From the IMG/VR virus record IMGVR_UViG_3300046822_000286: 64,000 nt of DNA; one strand, written 5' to 3'. A program made the translations under genes and the position numbers. This stretch comes from a virus. The notes beneath the pieces were generated by a model. That model had not been told where the DNA came from and searched no databases. It saw nothing but the letters and a program-made list of their open reading frames with translations. Below, piece after piece: positions 51,073-59,338 of this stretch (position 1 is its first letter; the number at the start of each line of letters is the position of its first letter).

Positions 51073-51641
51073 GGCCGCTCCGCAATCACGACAATATTGA
51101 CGTGCAGGTAGAACGTTTCGACGACCTGCATGCCCATCGCTGCCAGCGCGAGTCCGAGCTTATCTTTCGAAAAGAGTTGATAGTGCCGGTCGAGCGCTGT
51201 CGTGCATTCTCCGTAAATCACGCGATTCGCCGTATCTTCATCGATGTCGCCATCGGACAGCGCCCGATAGATCGCATCGAGCGACGGAACCTGAATCCGG
51301 ATCCGGCCACCGGGCCGCAGGCATTTGGCCCACTGTCCCAGCACGATCTTCCACTCTGTCGGATTGTTCTGGGTGCAGGGAATGTGCTCAAGGATGTCCT
51401 CGGCGAGGATCTCGTCAACCAGCGTGTCGAGCGACCACGGGCCGAGCGCCACCACGTCCACGTGGGTATCCGCAGCGTGATGCGGATCCATATCGACGTT
51501 GATCCAGCGCATTTCTGGCGTGCTCTTGAGGTACTTAGTCCCGCAACCAATGTTCAGTCCAGTCTTCACGGTTGCACCATCCTCGATGTTGTGTTCGCCT
51601 GATCGTTCATAAGTTCTCCAGTTTCCATCCGACACGCACAA
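51069..51641 (-). CDS. class I SAM-dependent methyltransferase
   Basis: GLNIGCGTKYL (motif I), ILEHIP and LRPGGRIRIQVP are present. The start is uncertain: ATG 51641 overlaps the upstream gene by 35 nt, and GTG 51569 is an alternative. Confidence 0.7.
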   Translation of the reverse strand: MCVSDGNWRTYERSGEHNIEDGATVKTGLNIGCGTKYLKSTPEMRWINVDMDPHHAADTHVDVVALGPWSLDTLVDEILAEDILEHIPCTQNNPTEWKIVLGQWAKCLRPGGRIRIQVPSLDAIYRALSDGDIDEDTANRVIYGECTTALDRHYQLFSKDKLGLALAAMGMQVVETFYLHVNIVVIAERP

Positions 51642-53004
51642 AGTCTTCCTCGAGGTAGATGATGTAGCTACCGGGCCGCACTACCCGCCCGAGTTCCTTC
51701 TGGACCTGATTGAAAATGGCCGCGAAACTCGACAGGCACGTCACGGCAATCACAAGATCGAACGACGCGTCCTCGAACGGAAGCGCCGTCGCACTGGCTA
51801 CCCTGAAGTCGAGATCTGGCAGCGATTCGCGGGCCTTATCGATTAGCGCCGGCATGAAGTCGACGCCGATATAACTTTTCGCCAACTGCGCGACGGACTG
51901 ACTCATCCGCCCCCAACCGCAGCCGACATCGAGCACGTCCTTGCCGACCGCATACCGCTTCAGCACCTGCATATGCTGGGCCGTGAATTCGTTGATCCGG
52001 GCTTGCGGGGTCTGCAGGAACGTCGAGCGCGTCGTGCCGTAGGCGGCGATCCGCTCAGTCCAGAATTCCGATGTCGATCTATACTCGAGATCGTCGGCGC
52101 CGGTCAGCAGTACTGTCGGTTCGTTGTCCCGCTTGTATCCGACCGGGTCGCGGATCGGCTTGTAGCCCGGCAACGGCTCTAGACCGCCGTGCTCCTGAAC
52201 ATATTTCCGCACGCCTTCGATGCCGCCGACCGACTCCCACCACGCGTTGCCCTGGTTGCGCACCTCGGCGATCTCGGCGTCGTATTCCGGGTAGTCGTTC
52301 GAGAGAACCTGGTCCTCCTTCAGGTTCAGCAGTTGGACCGGTACCTTGGAGTACATCGCGAACCGCCAGTTTGAGTACGCACTGGCTTCCTGAATGTACG
52401 CGCCCCATCCGGAGATCAGACACGGGTCGTCCGGCCCGGCGCCGGGAGCGCGCGGGAACTTCTCGAATAACAGTCCGCGCTCGCGGATCATGTCCATATT
52501 GATCAGAACGCCGGTGCCGAGGCAGGCAGGATTTATATAAAGACGCCCGTCCTGGAACGGAAAGTTTGGCATGTTGCCGTACCAGTCCGCAGCGGTTAGC
52601 CCCGGAGGCCGCAGGCACGTGCCGCTAACGGCACCTAGCCTTGGCCGCTTGAATTTAGCATTCTCCGTGAGCACGCCGTGCAAGTCAGCAAGCCAGTTGT
52701 CCGGCAGTACGGTGTCGTTGTCGACCTTCGCGACAAACGGCCAAGCAGAATTCATTCGGAAAAACCAGTTCATCGCTGGAGCAAGACCGACATTACGTTC
52801 CGAAAAAAAGACGTTGAAGTTCGCCGTGTTCCGATGCTGGCGCTGTCGTTGGCCGGATAGCCACTCCGCTGTCCCATCGGTAGAACCGTTATCCCAGACG
52901 TAGAGTTCGATCGGTAACCCCGGGCTCAGGCAGATCGACTCCAAAGCCTGCTTGGTGTATCCCAGACGGTTGTACGTGACGAGGAGAACCGGGATCGGCC
53001 TCAT
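51607..53004 (-). CDS. bifunctional GT2 glycosyltransferase / SAM methyltransferase fusion
   Basis: Start moved to ATG 53004 (ATGA overlap). N-terminus PVLLVTYNRLGYTKQALESI...LYVWDNGSTDGTAEWL is GT2-like. C-terminus DVLDVGCGWGRMS...IGVDF...VIAVTCL is a methyltransferase. Confidence 0.75.
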   Translation of the reverse strand: MRPIPVLLVTYNRLGYTKQALESICLSPGLPIELYVWDNGSTDGTAEWLSGQRQRQHRNTANFNVFFSERNVGLAPAMNWFFRMNSAWPFVAKVDNDTVLPDNWLADLHGVLTENAKFKRPRLGAVSGTCLRPPGLTAADWYGNMPNFPFQDGRLYINPACLGTGVLINMDMIRERGLLFEKFPRAPGAGPDDPCLISGWGAYIQEASAYSNWRFAMYSKVPVQLLNLKEDQVLSNDYPEYDAEIAEVRNQGNAWWESVGGIEGVRKYVQEHGGLEPLPGYKPIRDPVGYKRDNEPTVLLTGADDLEYRSTSEFWTERIAAYGTTRSTFLQTPQARINEFTAQHMQVLKRYAVGKDVLDVGCGWGRMSQSVAQLAKSYIGVDFMPALIDKARESLPDLDFRVASATALPFEDASFDLVIAVTCLSSFAAIFNQVQKELGRVVRPGSYIIYLEEDFVRVGWKLENL

Positions 53005-53234
53005 TTCTCCACCTTCTTTGCCGGGATCGCGCTCAGGTCCTTCGGCGATTCCTGCTCTACCTTCTCCGGCACTACACGCTCCAGTTCGAAGATGACGCCA
53101 CCCTTGGAACTCTGCCGCATCGTGACCTTGCCCTTGGTCTTCATGATCTCGATAATGTGGCGGTCGTCCTCGTTCTCCTTCTCCGGTTCCAACTCGTAGG
53201 TAACCGTCCCGTTGATGACCATCGTGTGCTTCAT
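53001..53234 (-). CDS. hypothetical protein (77 aa)
   Basis: Charged small ORF with 4-nt overlaps at both ends. Confidence 0.5.
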   Translation of the reverse strand: MKHTMVINGTVTYELEPEKENEDDRHIIEIMKTKGKVTMRQSSKGGVIFELERVVPEKVEQESPKDLSAIPAKKVEK

Positions 53235-53713
53235 GCTTCACTCCGCTCGGCCAGCGCCAGCCGCCCGAGACCTCCAGTTACCGCTCGCTGGTAGAGCGTT
53301 GTCGGTTTACCTTGGGCGTCCGCGACCTGCATATACGGCATGAAGACTTCATCCGCCTTCGCCATACCGGTCTCCACGAGCGCCAACTGCGCTTGAATCC
53401 ATCGGTAGATCTGCCGCCACGCCGTCCGTTTCGCCTGCTCCAGATCGCGCTGCGGTGTACGTCCGCGTCCATCGCCGCGGATAATCCGATAGATCGGATC
53501 GACGCGCGCCGGCAGTTCGAACGGAATTTCTTCGTTGTTGACCTTCAACACGAAATGCAGGGCGACCGCTTCCCCGTGTTCGTACGTATTCATAATTCGC
53601 GTGGCGCCCATCCGGACGAGGTAGGCCTGGATCTCGGAAATCGTCCGGACAGGATCGATATTAGTCGTGCCCATGTACAGGTCTCGTCGCTTCATATCTT
53701 GACCCCGATCCAC
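53231..53713 (-). CDS. hypothetical conserved phage protein (160 aa)
   Basis: ORF in the operon frame. No enzymatic motif recognised. Confidence 0.55.
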   Translation of the reverse strand: MDRGQDMKRRDLYMGTTNIDPVRTISEIQAYLVRMGATRIMNTYEHGEAVALHFVLKVNNEEIPFELPARVDPIYRIIRGDGRGRTPQRDLEQAKRTAWRQIYRWIQAQLALVETGMAKADEVFMPYMQVADAQGKPTTLYQRAVTGGLGRLALAERSEA

Positions 53714-54285
53714 ATCCCGTTCCGGTTCTCCATCGTGAAATGGACGTACGGTGACAGCAGTTCCTGCGACGTCTCGATGGCGGCCTTGACCCCGACCTCG
53801 CAGAGGCTATCGTGGATCATGACGCACCCGCCGGACTTCACGTGTGGGACATACCGTTCCAAATCTTCCTTTGCGCCTTGATAAGAATGGTCACCGTCGA
53901 TGAACAGCAGTTCGATTTCGTCAGGCAGTATCGGCGAGACGTCCGGGTCGTCCGAACGCATCTCGAGCAATTCGACCCTATTGTCCAATCCGAGTTCTTC
54001 AAGGTTGTGCGCGAAATGCGCAAGGAATCCTGGAGCACCGCCATGGGCCGCAATGAACGGATCGATGCAGTAGAGCTTCCCGAAGCCGATCTCTTCCATC
54101 GCCTTCGCAATCCACATGGCTGATCCGCCGCGGCGCGATCCGATTTCTATCGCATTCTCCGGCCGCACAAGGTGCGTCATCGCGTAAAGGATCAGATAGT
54201 GCGACTTGTCGGTCCAGACGCCATCGTTCGCATCCTCGGTATACCGCAGCATCTGCACTGGAAATTCGAATCGTTTCATAGCCAC
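53692..54285 (-). CDS. class I SAM-dependent methyltransferase (Methyltransf_24/CmcI-like)
   Basis: AIEIGSRRGGSAMWIAKAM...LYCIDPF...LLFIDGDHSYQGAKEDL...GGCVMIHD. Confidence 0.7.
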   Translation of the reverse strand: MAMKRFEFPVQMLRYTEDANDGVWTDKSHYLILYAMTHLVRPENAIEIGSRRGGSAMWIAKAMEEIGFGKLYCIDPFIAAHGGAPGFLAHFAHNLEELGLDNRVELLEMRSDDPDVSPILPDEIELLFIDGDHSYQGAKEDLERYVPHVKSGGCVMIHDSLCEVGVKAAIETSQELLSPYVHFTMENRNGMWIGVKI

Positions 54286-55274
54286 CCCATCTTTCGCTTG
54301 ATCTCTGCGGCCTGATAGTCAGCCGCCGCTAGCCCATACTCCTGCCTGACTTTATGTATCGCGTACTCTCGGATCGTCGCGTAATCCCTGGGCGCGTTCA
54401 GTATCCAATGGACGGCATCCTCGATCTGTTTCGGATTGTAGATGTCGCTAATCTGTAGGTTGCCGAAGAGTTCTCGCTGTATCTCGAGTTCCCCATTCCC
54501 GATACATGGGATTCCTAGCGCCGCGAATGCGATCTGGTCGCGGCCGGCAGCCGCCGCTGGCATCGGGTGGACCGCAAGATACGCCCCGGAGACTTCCCGC
54601 AGCCAATCCGACCAACTATCGTGCGGAATCTCCTTGTCGATCTTGACACCGAGTACCTCCGGTAGTTCCTTATTGCGATCCATGTAGCCCGTCGATCGGT
54701 TCTGATGCCAGAGCGGATGGCCGAGATCTTTCACCGCAAGCAGACCGGCAAGCCCATTTGCCCGGTCGTCGTAGCTCGATCCGAAGAGGATCGGCCGATC
54801 TGCCTTCCGGTCCGGATCCATGGTATATCTCCAGATCGGCGATAGATCGAGGCATGTCCTCCAGCGATAAGACTTGCTGGCCAGTCGCCCCCAGTAGTGG
54901 GTATCGCGGGTATTGTGCGTCAGGAAGAGATCGACCTTGCCGAGCAGTTCGATAAAGCTCTTCATTTCCTCCCACGAGCGCGTCAGCGGCCATCCCGTCT
55001 CGGCCTCCTGAAAGAGCACCACTTTCTTGCCGAGACCCGCCAGCGTATGCAGCGCGTCCATCCAGCGCGGCTCAAAGTCGGCGCGCACCTTCCACATCGT
55101 GGCGAACACGGCATCGCACTCGTCAGCGTACTTCGCGATCTCCAGCGGGGAATAGTGACAGATCGCGCCGAACGCCCGGGCGGCGATCTGATCGTTGCAG
55201 TTTGGCGCACACATCTGATCGATACTGGCGTTCGTCAACCGGACACTTGTCGCTACCCACCTCATAACATCCAC
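54276..55274 (-). CDS. putative glycosyltransferase-like protein (GT-B-like C-terminus), uncertain
   Basis: 332 aa; an alternative start at ATG 55265 gives an ATGA overlap. DQIAFAALGIPCIGNGELEIQRELFG resembles the GT-B donor-binding region. Confidence 0.4.
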   Translation of the reverse strand: MDVMRWVATSVRLTNASIDQMCAPNCNDQIAARAFGAICHYSPLEIAKYADECDAVFATMWKVRADFEPRWMDALHTLAGLGKKVVLFQEAETGWPLTRSWEEMKSFIELLGKVDLFLTHNTRDTHYWGRLASKSYRWRTCLDLSPIWRYTMDPDRKADRPILFGSSYDDRANGLAGLLAVKDLGHPLWHQNRSTGYMDRNKELPEVLGVKIDKEIPHDSWSDWLREVSGAYLAVHPMPAAAAGRDQIAFAALGIPCIGNGELEIQRELFGNLQISDIYNPKQIEDAVHWILNAPRDYATIREYAIHKVRQEYGLAAADYQAAEIKRKMGWL

Positions 55275-55693
55275 TCCGCATCGTCATCTTCGGCCACAGC
55301 CAGCAGTAATCCGCGCATCTGCTCGATCGACAGATTCTCCACGCCATCCCTCGCGATGTCCGTGATGAACGTTTTATGCTCGGGCGTCAGGGCAATCAGA
55401 AAGATCCGGAAGACGCCGAGCGGTTCGAACATTTGCTGCAGCATGAGCGCCACGGCCTGCCGGTGCGTCTCGTTGAGGAAGTCGTACGGTTTAGGTTCGC
55501 CGTGAAGGCGGTCCAGCGCCGGGCGGATACCCTCCTCGCCATTCTTGAGTCCAAGTTCGGTCAGCAGCAGGGCGGCCATCATTGTGCCGGAGATGATCTG
55601 TTCAGGCGCGGCTCCGAACTTCTGCGCGTGGCCGTGAAACACGTCCATCGCCCGCTCCATCGCCCGACCGATCTGCTGCTCGGTGAAGATCAT
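55262..55693 (-). CDS. hypothetical protein (143 aa)
   Basis: Helical ORF coupled to its neighbours. Confidence 0.55.
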   Translation of the reverse strand: MIFTEQQIGRAMERAMDVFHGHAQKFGAAPEQIISGTMMAALLLTELGLKNGEEGIRPALDRLHGEPKPYDFLNETHRQAVALMLQQMFEPLGVFRIFLIALTPEHKTFITDIARDGVENLSIEQMRGLLLAVAEDDDAEWML

Positions 55694-55989
55694 GCCCTTT
55701 TCTTAGGAGGGCGACCTTGCCCGGTACGCGTGGCCGCGCTGTAGATCGCTAGCATCTCCTCGAGCGTGACTTCGTCGGCGATGGTGGGGTGATCTGGGTT
55801 GGCGGCGGCGCGCTGTTCGACATCGCGAATGATCTGCGCAATCCTCTCGAACCGGCGCTCTCGAGACTCAGACTTACCTGTCAGAGATTCAACCTCGCGC
55901 CGAAGTTTCTTAATCGTGTCGACGTGCGTCTCCCGCGTCCCCGGATGCCGGACATTGCAGTACTGGCCCTGTAGAAATCCTGTTCTCAT
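55690..55989 (-). CDS. hypothetical protein (99 aa)
   Basis: Charged coiled-coil-like ORF with 4-nt overlaps. Confidence 0.5.
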   Translation of the reverse strand: MRTGFLQGQYCNVRHPGTRETHVDTIKKLRREVESLTGKSESRERRFERIAQIIRDVEQRAAANPDHPTIADEVTLEEMLAIYSAATRTGQGRPPKKRA

Positions 55990-56216
55990 TCCAATACCCT
56001 CACTCCGCTGAGATCTATTTTTGGCGTCATCTTCGGACGGATGATCGTCGGCCCGATATGCATAAATCGTGGATTACGCGCCAGACCGGAGAACTTGTTC
56101 AAGAGCCGCGTGTAGTCGTCTCCTGATACCAATATCTCTTCCGGCCACCCCTGCTTGGATAGCCATTCATGGAGGGCGACCAATGTCGGCAGCGGCTCAC
56201 TCGGTTTGATTACCAT
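55986..56216 (-). CDS. hypothetical protein (76 aa)
   Basis: ORF in the operon frame, overlapping the upstream stop by 7 nt. Confidence 0.5.
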   Translation of the reverse strand: MVIKPSEPLPTLVALHEWLSKQGWPEEILVSGDDYTRLLNKFSGLARNPRFMHIGPTIIRPKMTPKIDLSGVRVLE

Positions 56217-57133
56217 TGCAGCCTCCTTTCGATTTCGTGTGATATCGCCTGGATCCGGCGATCGTACGTGTGTTGCGCATGGACCAACCGGTACCCGTTC
56301 AGCGCGATCGACCGGCGCACGGCCTCCATCGGCAGGAAGCGTCTGATCAACTCGTGCATCTCGTCAAAATCGTGGTACCAGACGAGGTTCCATTCGTTCC
56401 GGAAGACCTTCTCGATTCCCGGCACGTAGGCCGTCAGGAAGAATGCCCCGCAGGCGAGCGCGAGGTATACCCGGTCGGACCAGTAGCCCGGCACGTCGTT
56501 GACGAAGTTGTCGCCGATCACGATCTTTGAGAAATAGCAGGCCTGGGCGAACTGATTTCCCCAGACCTGCTTTGCCGGCTCTCCCCACTTTTGAAAGTCG
56601 TACTGGCTCAACTCAGCCATCAACCGATGCCGGCGGTCCGTATAGTTCGATCCGATAAAGACGACCTCTAGCCCATTTGCCGATCCGAGATAGATATTGG
56701 ATTCTCGCGGTACGTCATGGAGTTGCGGCACACAGCCCTGATGCAATTCGATGCGCGCGATGTTGTGGCTGGCGTAGAAGCCCTCCTCGTCCGTGCCGTC
56801 AGTCTGGAAGCACAGATCCGATACTTGAGCCAGCGGCTTGTACCATGCCCAGTTCTCAGGATGGCGCATCCAGTCGAACGTCCACCAGATGATCCGCACG
56901 TTCGTCCGGCGCCTGACGAGTTCCAGATCGGACGGCGCGATCTCCGGGGCTTTCGAGATCAGTAGGATTTGAACGCGGTTAGTTTCGATGATCTGGATTA
57001 GCCGCTCGGGATCGAACCATTTTGCCCTGGAAATCCGGAGGCAGTTGTGCCCGTTCCGGTCGAGCGCTGCGGCAATCCAGTTCTCGCAATAGCCGTAGTG
57101 CGCGAATTCGCCGTAGTAGAGGAAAATCGCCAT
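56210..57133 (-). CDS. CgeB-like glycosyltransferase (Glyco_trans_1_2 type), first gene of accessory operon
   Basis: The track start at 57196 is TTG, which lies inside the promoter -35. First ATG is 57133 (MAIFLYYGEF; GGAG upstream). LACGAFFLTAYVPGIEKVFRNEWNLVWYHDFDEMHELIRRFL...HTYDRRIQ. Confidence 0.7.
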   Translation of the reverse strand: MAIFLYYGEFAHYGYCENWIAAALDRNGHNCLRISRAKWFDPERLIQIIETNRVQILLISKAPEIAPSDLELVRRRTNVRIIWWTFDWMRHPENWAWYKPLAQVSDLCFQTDGTDEEGFYASHNIARIELHQGCVPQLHDVPRESNIYLGSANGLEVVFIGSNYTDRRHRLMAELSQYDFQKWGEPAKQVWGNQFAQACYFSKIVIGDNFVNDVPGYWSDRVYLALACGAFFLTAYVPGIEKVFRNEWNLVWYHDFDEMHELIRRFLPMEAVRRSIALNGYRLVHAQHTYDRRIQAISHEIERRLQW

Positions 57134-57167
57134 TAGAGTGACTGCCAACTCCGCGTCATGCCGTCCC

Positions 57168-57209
57168 GTTTTACGTGAACCGGACGAGCATGTCAATTTA
57201 ATTTTTTAA
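57168..57209 (-). promoter_or_regulatory. sigma70-like promoter with UP-like A/T box driving the accessory operon
   Basis: Minus strand reads TTAAAAAATTAAATTG box (57209..57194), TTGACA (57196..57191), 17 nt, TAAAAC (57173..57168). Confidence 0.55.
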
Positions 57210-57225
57210 GGTGAGTATTGACGGA

Positions 57226-57267
57226 CGAAGAAAACCTCACGGCGGCGTATACCGTCACCGTGAGGTT
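57226..57267 (-). terminator. rho-independent terminator closing the head-gene transcription unit
   Basis: Minus strand has AACCTCACGG (57267..57258), a 15-nt loop, CCGTGAGGTT (57242..57233), running into TTTTCTTC. Confidence 0.6.
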
Positions 57268-57290
57268 CGATGGTTATCGAACGATCCGTC

Positions 57291-57536
57291 TTACGAGTTG
57301 TCCGCGGCGATCTGGATGATCCCCGTCAGCGATCCTCCGCTGACGAGTGTTACCGTCTTGCCCGAAACCGTTAATCCGAAGCTCGCATTCGTTGTCGGAG
57401 TGAAATCCGCGGCAATGATCGCCGCGAACTGGCTCACGAACGTATCGTTGTTGTTCCACGTGATGTTGCAGATCTCCGTGGCGGTCCGGCCCCAATAGTC
57501 CGTATACCGTGTTGCATTCTCTACTGCTGCTGGCAT
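57291..57536 (-). CDS. small head-associated protein (81 aa; decoration/cement candidate)
   Basis: Second ORF after the capsid gene. The function is inferred from position only. Confidence 0.55.
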   Translation of the reverse strand: MPAAVENATRYTDYWGRTATEICNITWNNNDTFVSQFAAIIAADFTPTTNASFGLTVSGKTVTLVSGGSLTGIIQIAADNS

Positions 57537-57596
57537 GAATTGTTCTCCTTTCCTTTGAGAGTTAGAGGCGACCGGCCCGAAGGCCGGCCGTGGACT

Positions 57597-58154
57597 CTAC
57601 CAATCCATGTTCATCAACAGCGCCGGCGCGAGACCGGCGACCGACGCGCCCATGACACGGGCCGCCGGGATGTTCGTGAGGTTCGAACCATCCGCGATGA
57701 CGGCGAACTGGTTGTCCGTCGTCGACCCGATCAGGACGTTGCTGGTTGCCGTGATGCCGGTTGACACCACCTGCGCCACGCCACCGATCTGGATCCACCC
57801 GAAGTACGCCGCGGTCGGCAGCGTCAACGTGAACGGACCGAGAACGCCCATGACCTGCAGTCCCAGCGTGGCGCCGGAACCGTCGTAGTCCGCACCGACC
57901 GTCAAGGCCGGGACGGCCGTCGACGTACCGCCAGGCGTGAAGGCCAAGGCGTACAGCGGCGCTCCGATCACGGGAACGACGGTGACGTCGATCTTCACAT
58001 AACGAAGAACAACGTTGCCCCATCGCGTCTTTCCGCCGATCGGGTTCTGCGCCACCGTGTCGAACTGGTTGAACCACCCGTTCGGCGAGATCTGCGGCTG
58101 CGCGATCTGGATGAACCCGTAGCCTGTGCCAGGATTCAAAACTTGTGCTACCAT
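57597..58154 (-). CDS. head-associated protein (185 aa; decoration/cement candidate)
   Basis: Beta-rich ORF 11 nt downstream of the capsid gene. Confidence 0.65.
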   Translation of the reverse strand: MVAQVLNPGTGYGFIQIAQPQISPNGWFNQFDTVAQNPIGGKTRWGNVVLRYVKIDVTVVPVIGAPLYALAFTPGGTSTAVPALTVGADYDGSGATLGLQVMGVLGPFTLTLPTAAYFGWIQIGGVAQVVSTGITATSNVLIGSTTDNQFAVIADGSNLTNIPAARVMGASVAGLAPALLMNMDW

Positions 58155-58165
58155 GTCTCTCCTCC

Positions 58166-59152
58166 TTAGCTCAGCGTTGGGATGTTGGTCAGCCGGAAGT
58201 TGTATCGAGGATTCGACACAATCATATTGCCAGCCCAGAGATACTGACCACTTCGGTCATCCGAATTGTAGATTTCCTTGAACCCCGTGAAGCCGAACTG
58301 GTACCGCTTCAGCGTGCTCGAGTAGAACGCCAGGTTCTCCGACTTCGAGTTGATTCCGTACATGGAACCGGTCGGTGCGTACTGATCCACGACCACCTGC
58401 GCGCCGACGAACTGGAACGAGCGGAACCCGGACTTGGCAACGTCCGAACTCTCCTCGTTGAAGCGCTGCATTGGCTGCAGTTTGTTGAAGAACCAGTTCC
58501 AGGAGTTCTGATCGGAAACGAGCAGGTCCACGTGCTCGCGACCGAACCAGGCTGACCCCATCGCGATTTCCACGGCCTTGAGCGTGAAGCCCGAGGACAA
58601 GGATGCGACGTAGCCGTTGACTCCCTGCGAGTTCGTGCCGTTCGACACGCCAACGTCCGTGCGCGTGATGCCGCCGACCGACGTAAACGTGTTCCCGTTA
58701 TCGAACCACTGATTGAATCCATCGATCGACAGCGTCGAACTGCCGGTGCCGAGTCCGTCGAGGTACAGGTCGGTCGCGATCAACTTGGCCATCTTGCCGG
58801 CCGCGTTCGCGATCTTCGAGCCAACGAACGGAACTGCCTGTTGTGCGCCACGGGCGAGAACATCATCCGTGCCATACAGCGAAATGTTCACGTAGTAGAA
58901 CTTCGGATTGACCTCGAAGGCCGTATCCGTCGGAACATATGCTGTATCGAAGCTCTGCCCGCGTCCAAACGGTCCGCCGTTCAGTTCGGCATAGCCGATG
59001 TTCTGGCGAATTTTCACGCCACCATCGAACTGCTGCGCGTTCTGCGTCCGGATCCGGATGAAGACAGGAGAGCTCTTGTAGATAACGTCTGCGACCGTGG
59101 GAATGATCTTATCGTGAACTTTGCCGTTCAGGTCTCCCCACGTCAATGCCAT
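58166..59152 (-). CDS. major capsid protein (HK97-fold type)
   Basis: 328 aa, directly after the scaffold gene. The pattern ...FEVNPKFYYVNISLYGTDDVLARG...AGKMAKLIATDLYLDGLGTG resembles podovirus (epsilon15/BPP-1-like) capsid proteins as I recall them. Confidence 0.7.
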   Translation of the reverse strand: MALTWGDLNGKVHDKIIPTVADVIYKSSPVFIRIRTQNAQQFDGGVKIRQNIGYAELNGGPFGRGQSFDTAYVPTDTAFEVNPKFYYVNISLYGTDDVLARGAQQAVPFVGSKIANAAGKMAKLIATDLYLDGLGTGSSTLSIDGFNQWFDNGNTFTSVGGITRTDVGVSNGTNSQGVNGYVASLSSGFTLKAVEIAMGSAWFGREHVDLLVSDQNSWNWFFNKLQPMQRFNEESSDVAKSGFRSFQFVGAQVVVDQYAPTGSMYGINSKSENLAFYSSTLKRYQFGFTGFKEIYNSDDRSGQYLWAGNMIVSNPRYNFRLTNIPTLS

Positions 59153-59338
59153 TGAATTTCTCCTTAACTAGAAAATGGTTTTCGGTCTGACGCGCTCAGC
59201 GCGTCGCTACTGCAACAAACCATCTCCGGACAGGTCATTCGACGGCTCGTACCTTCCGCGGCTGGCCGGCTGCGGCTACGGCTGAAGCTAAGTCGGATTC
59301 TGTGGGATCTGGGCGGGCCGTCGTGGCCCTCGTAAAAT
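59153..59338 (-). promoter_or_regulatory. structured 186-nt scaffold-capsid intergenic region (GC hairpins)
   Basis: GACGCGC-TCA-GCGCGTC at 59189..59205 and GGGCC-GTCGT-GGCCC at 59315..59329. Neither hairpin is followed by a U-tract. Confidence 0.35.
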
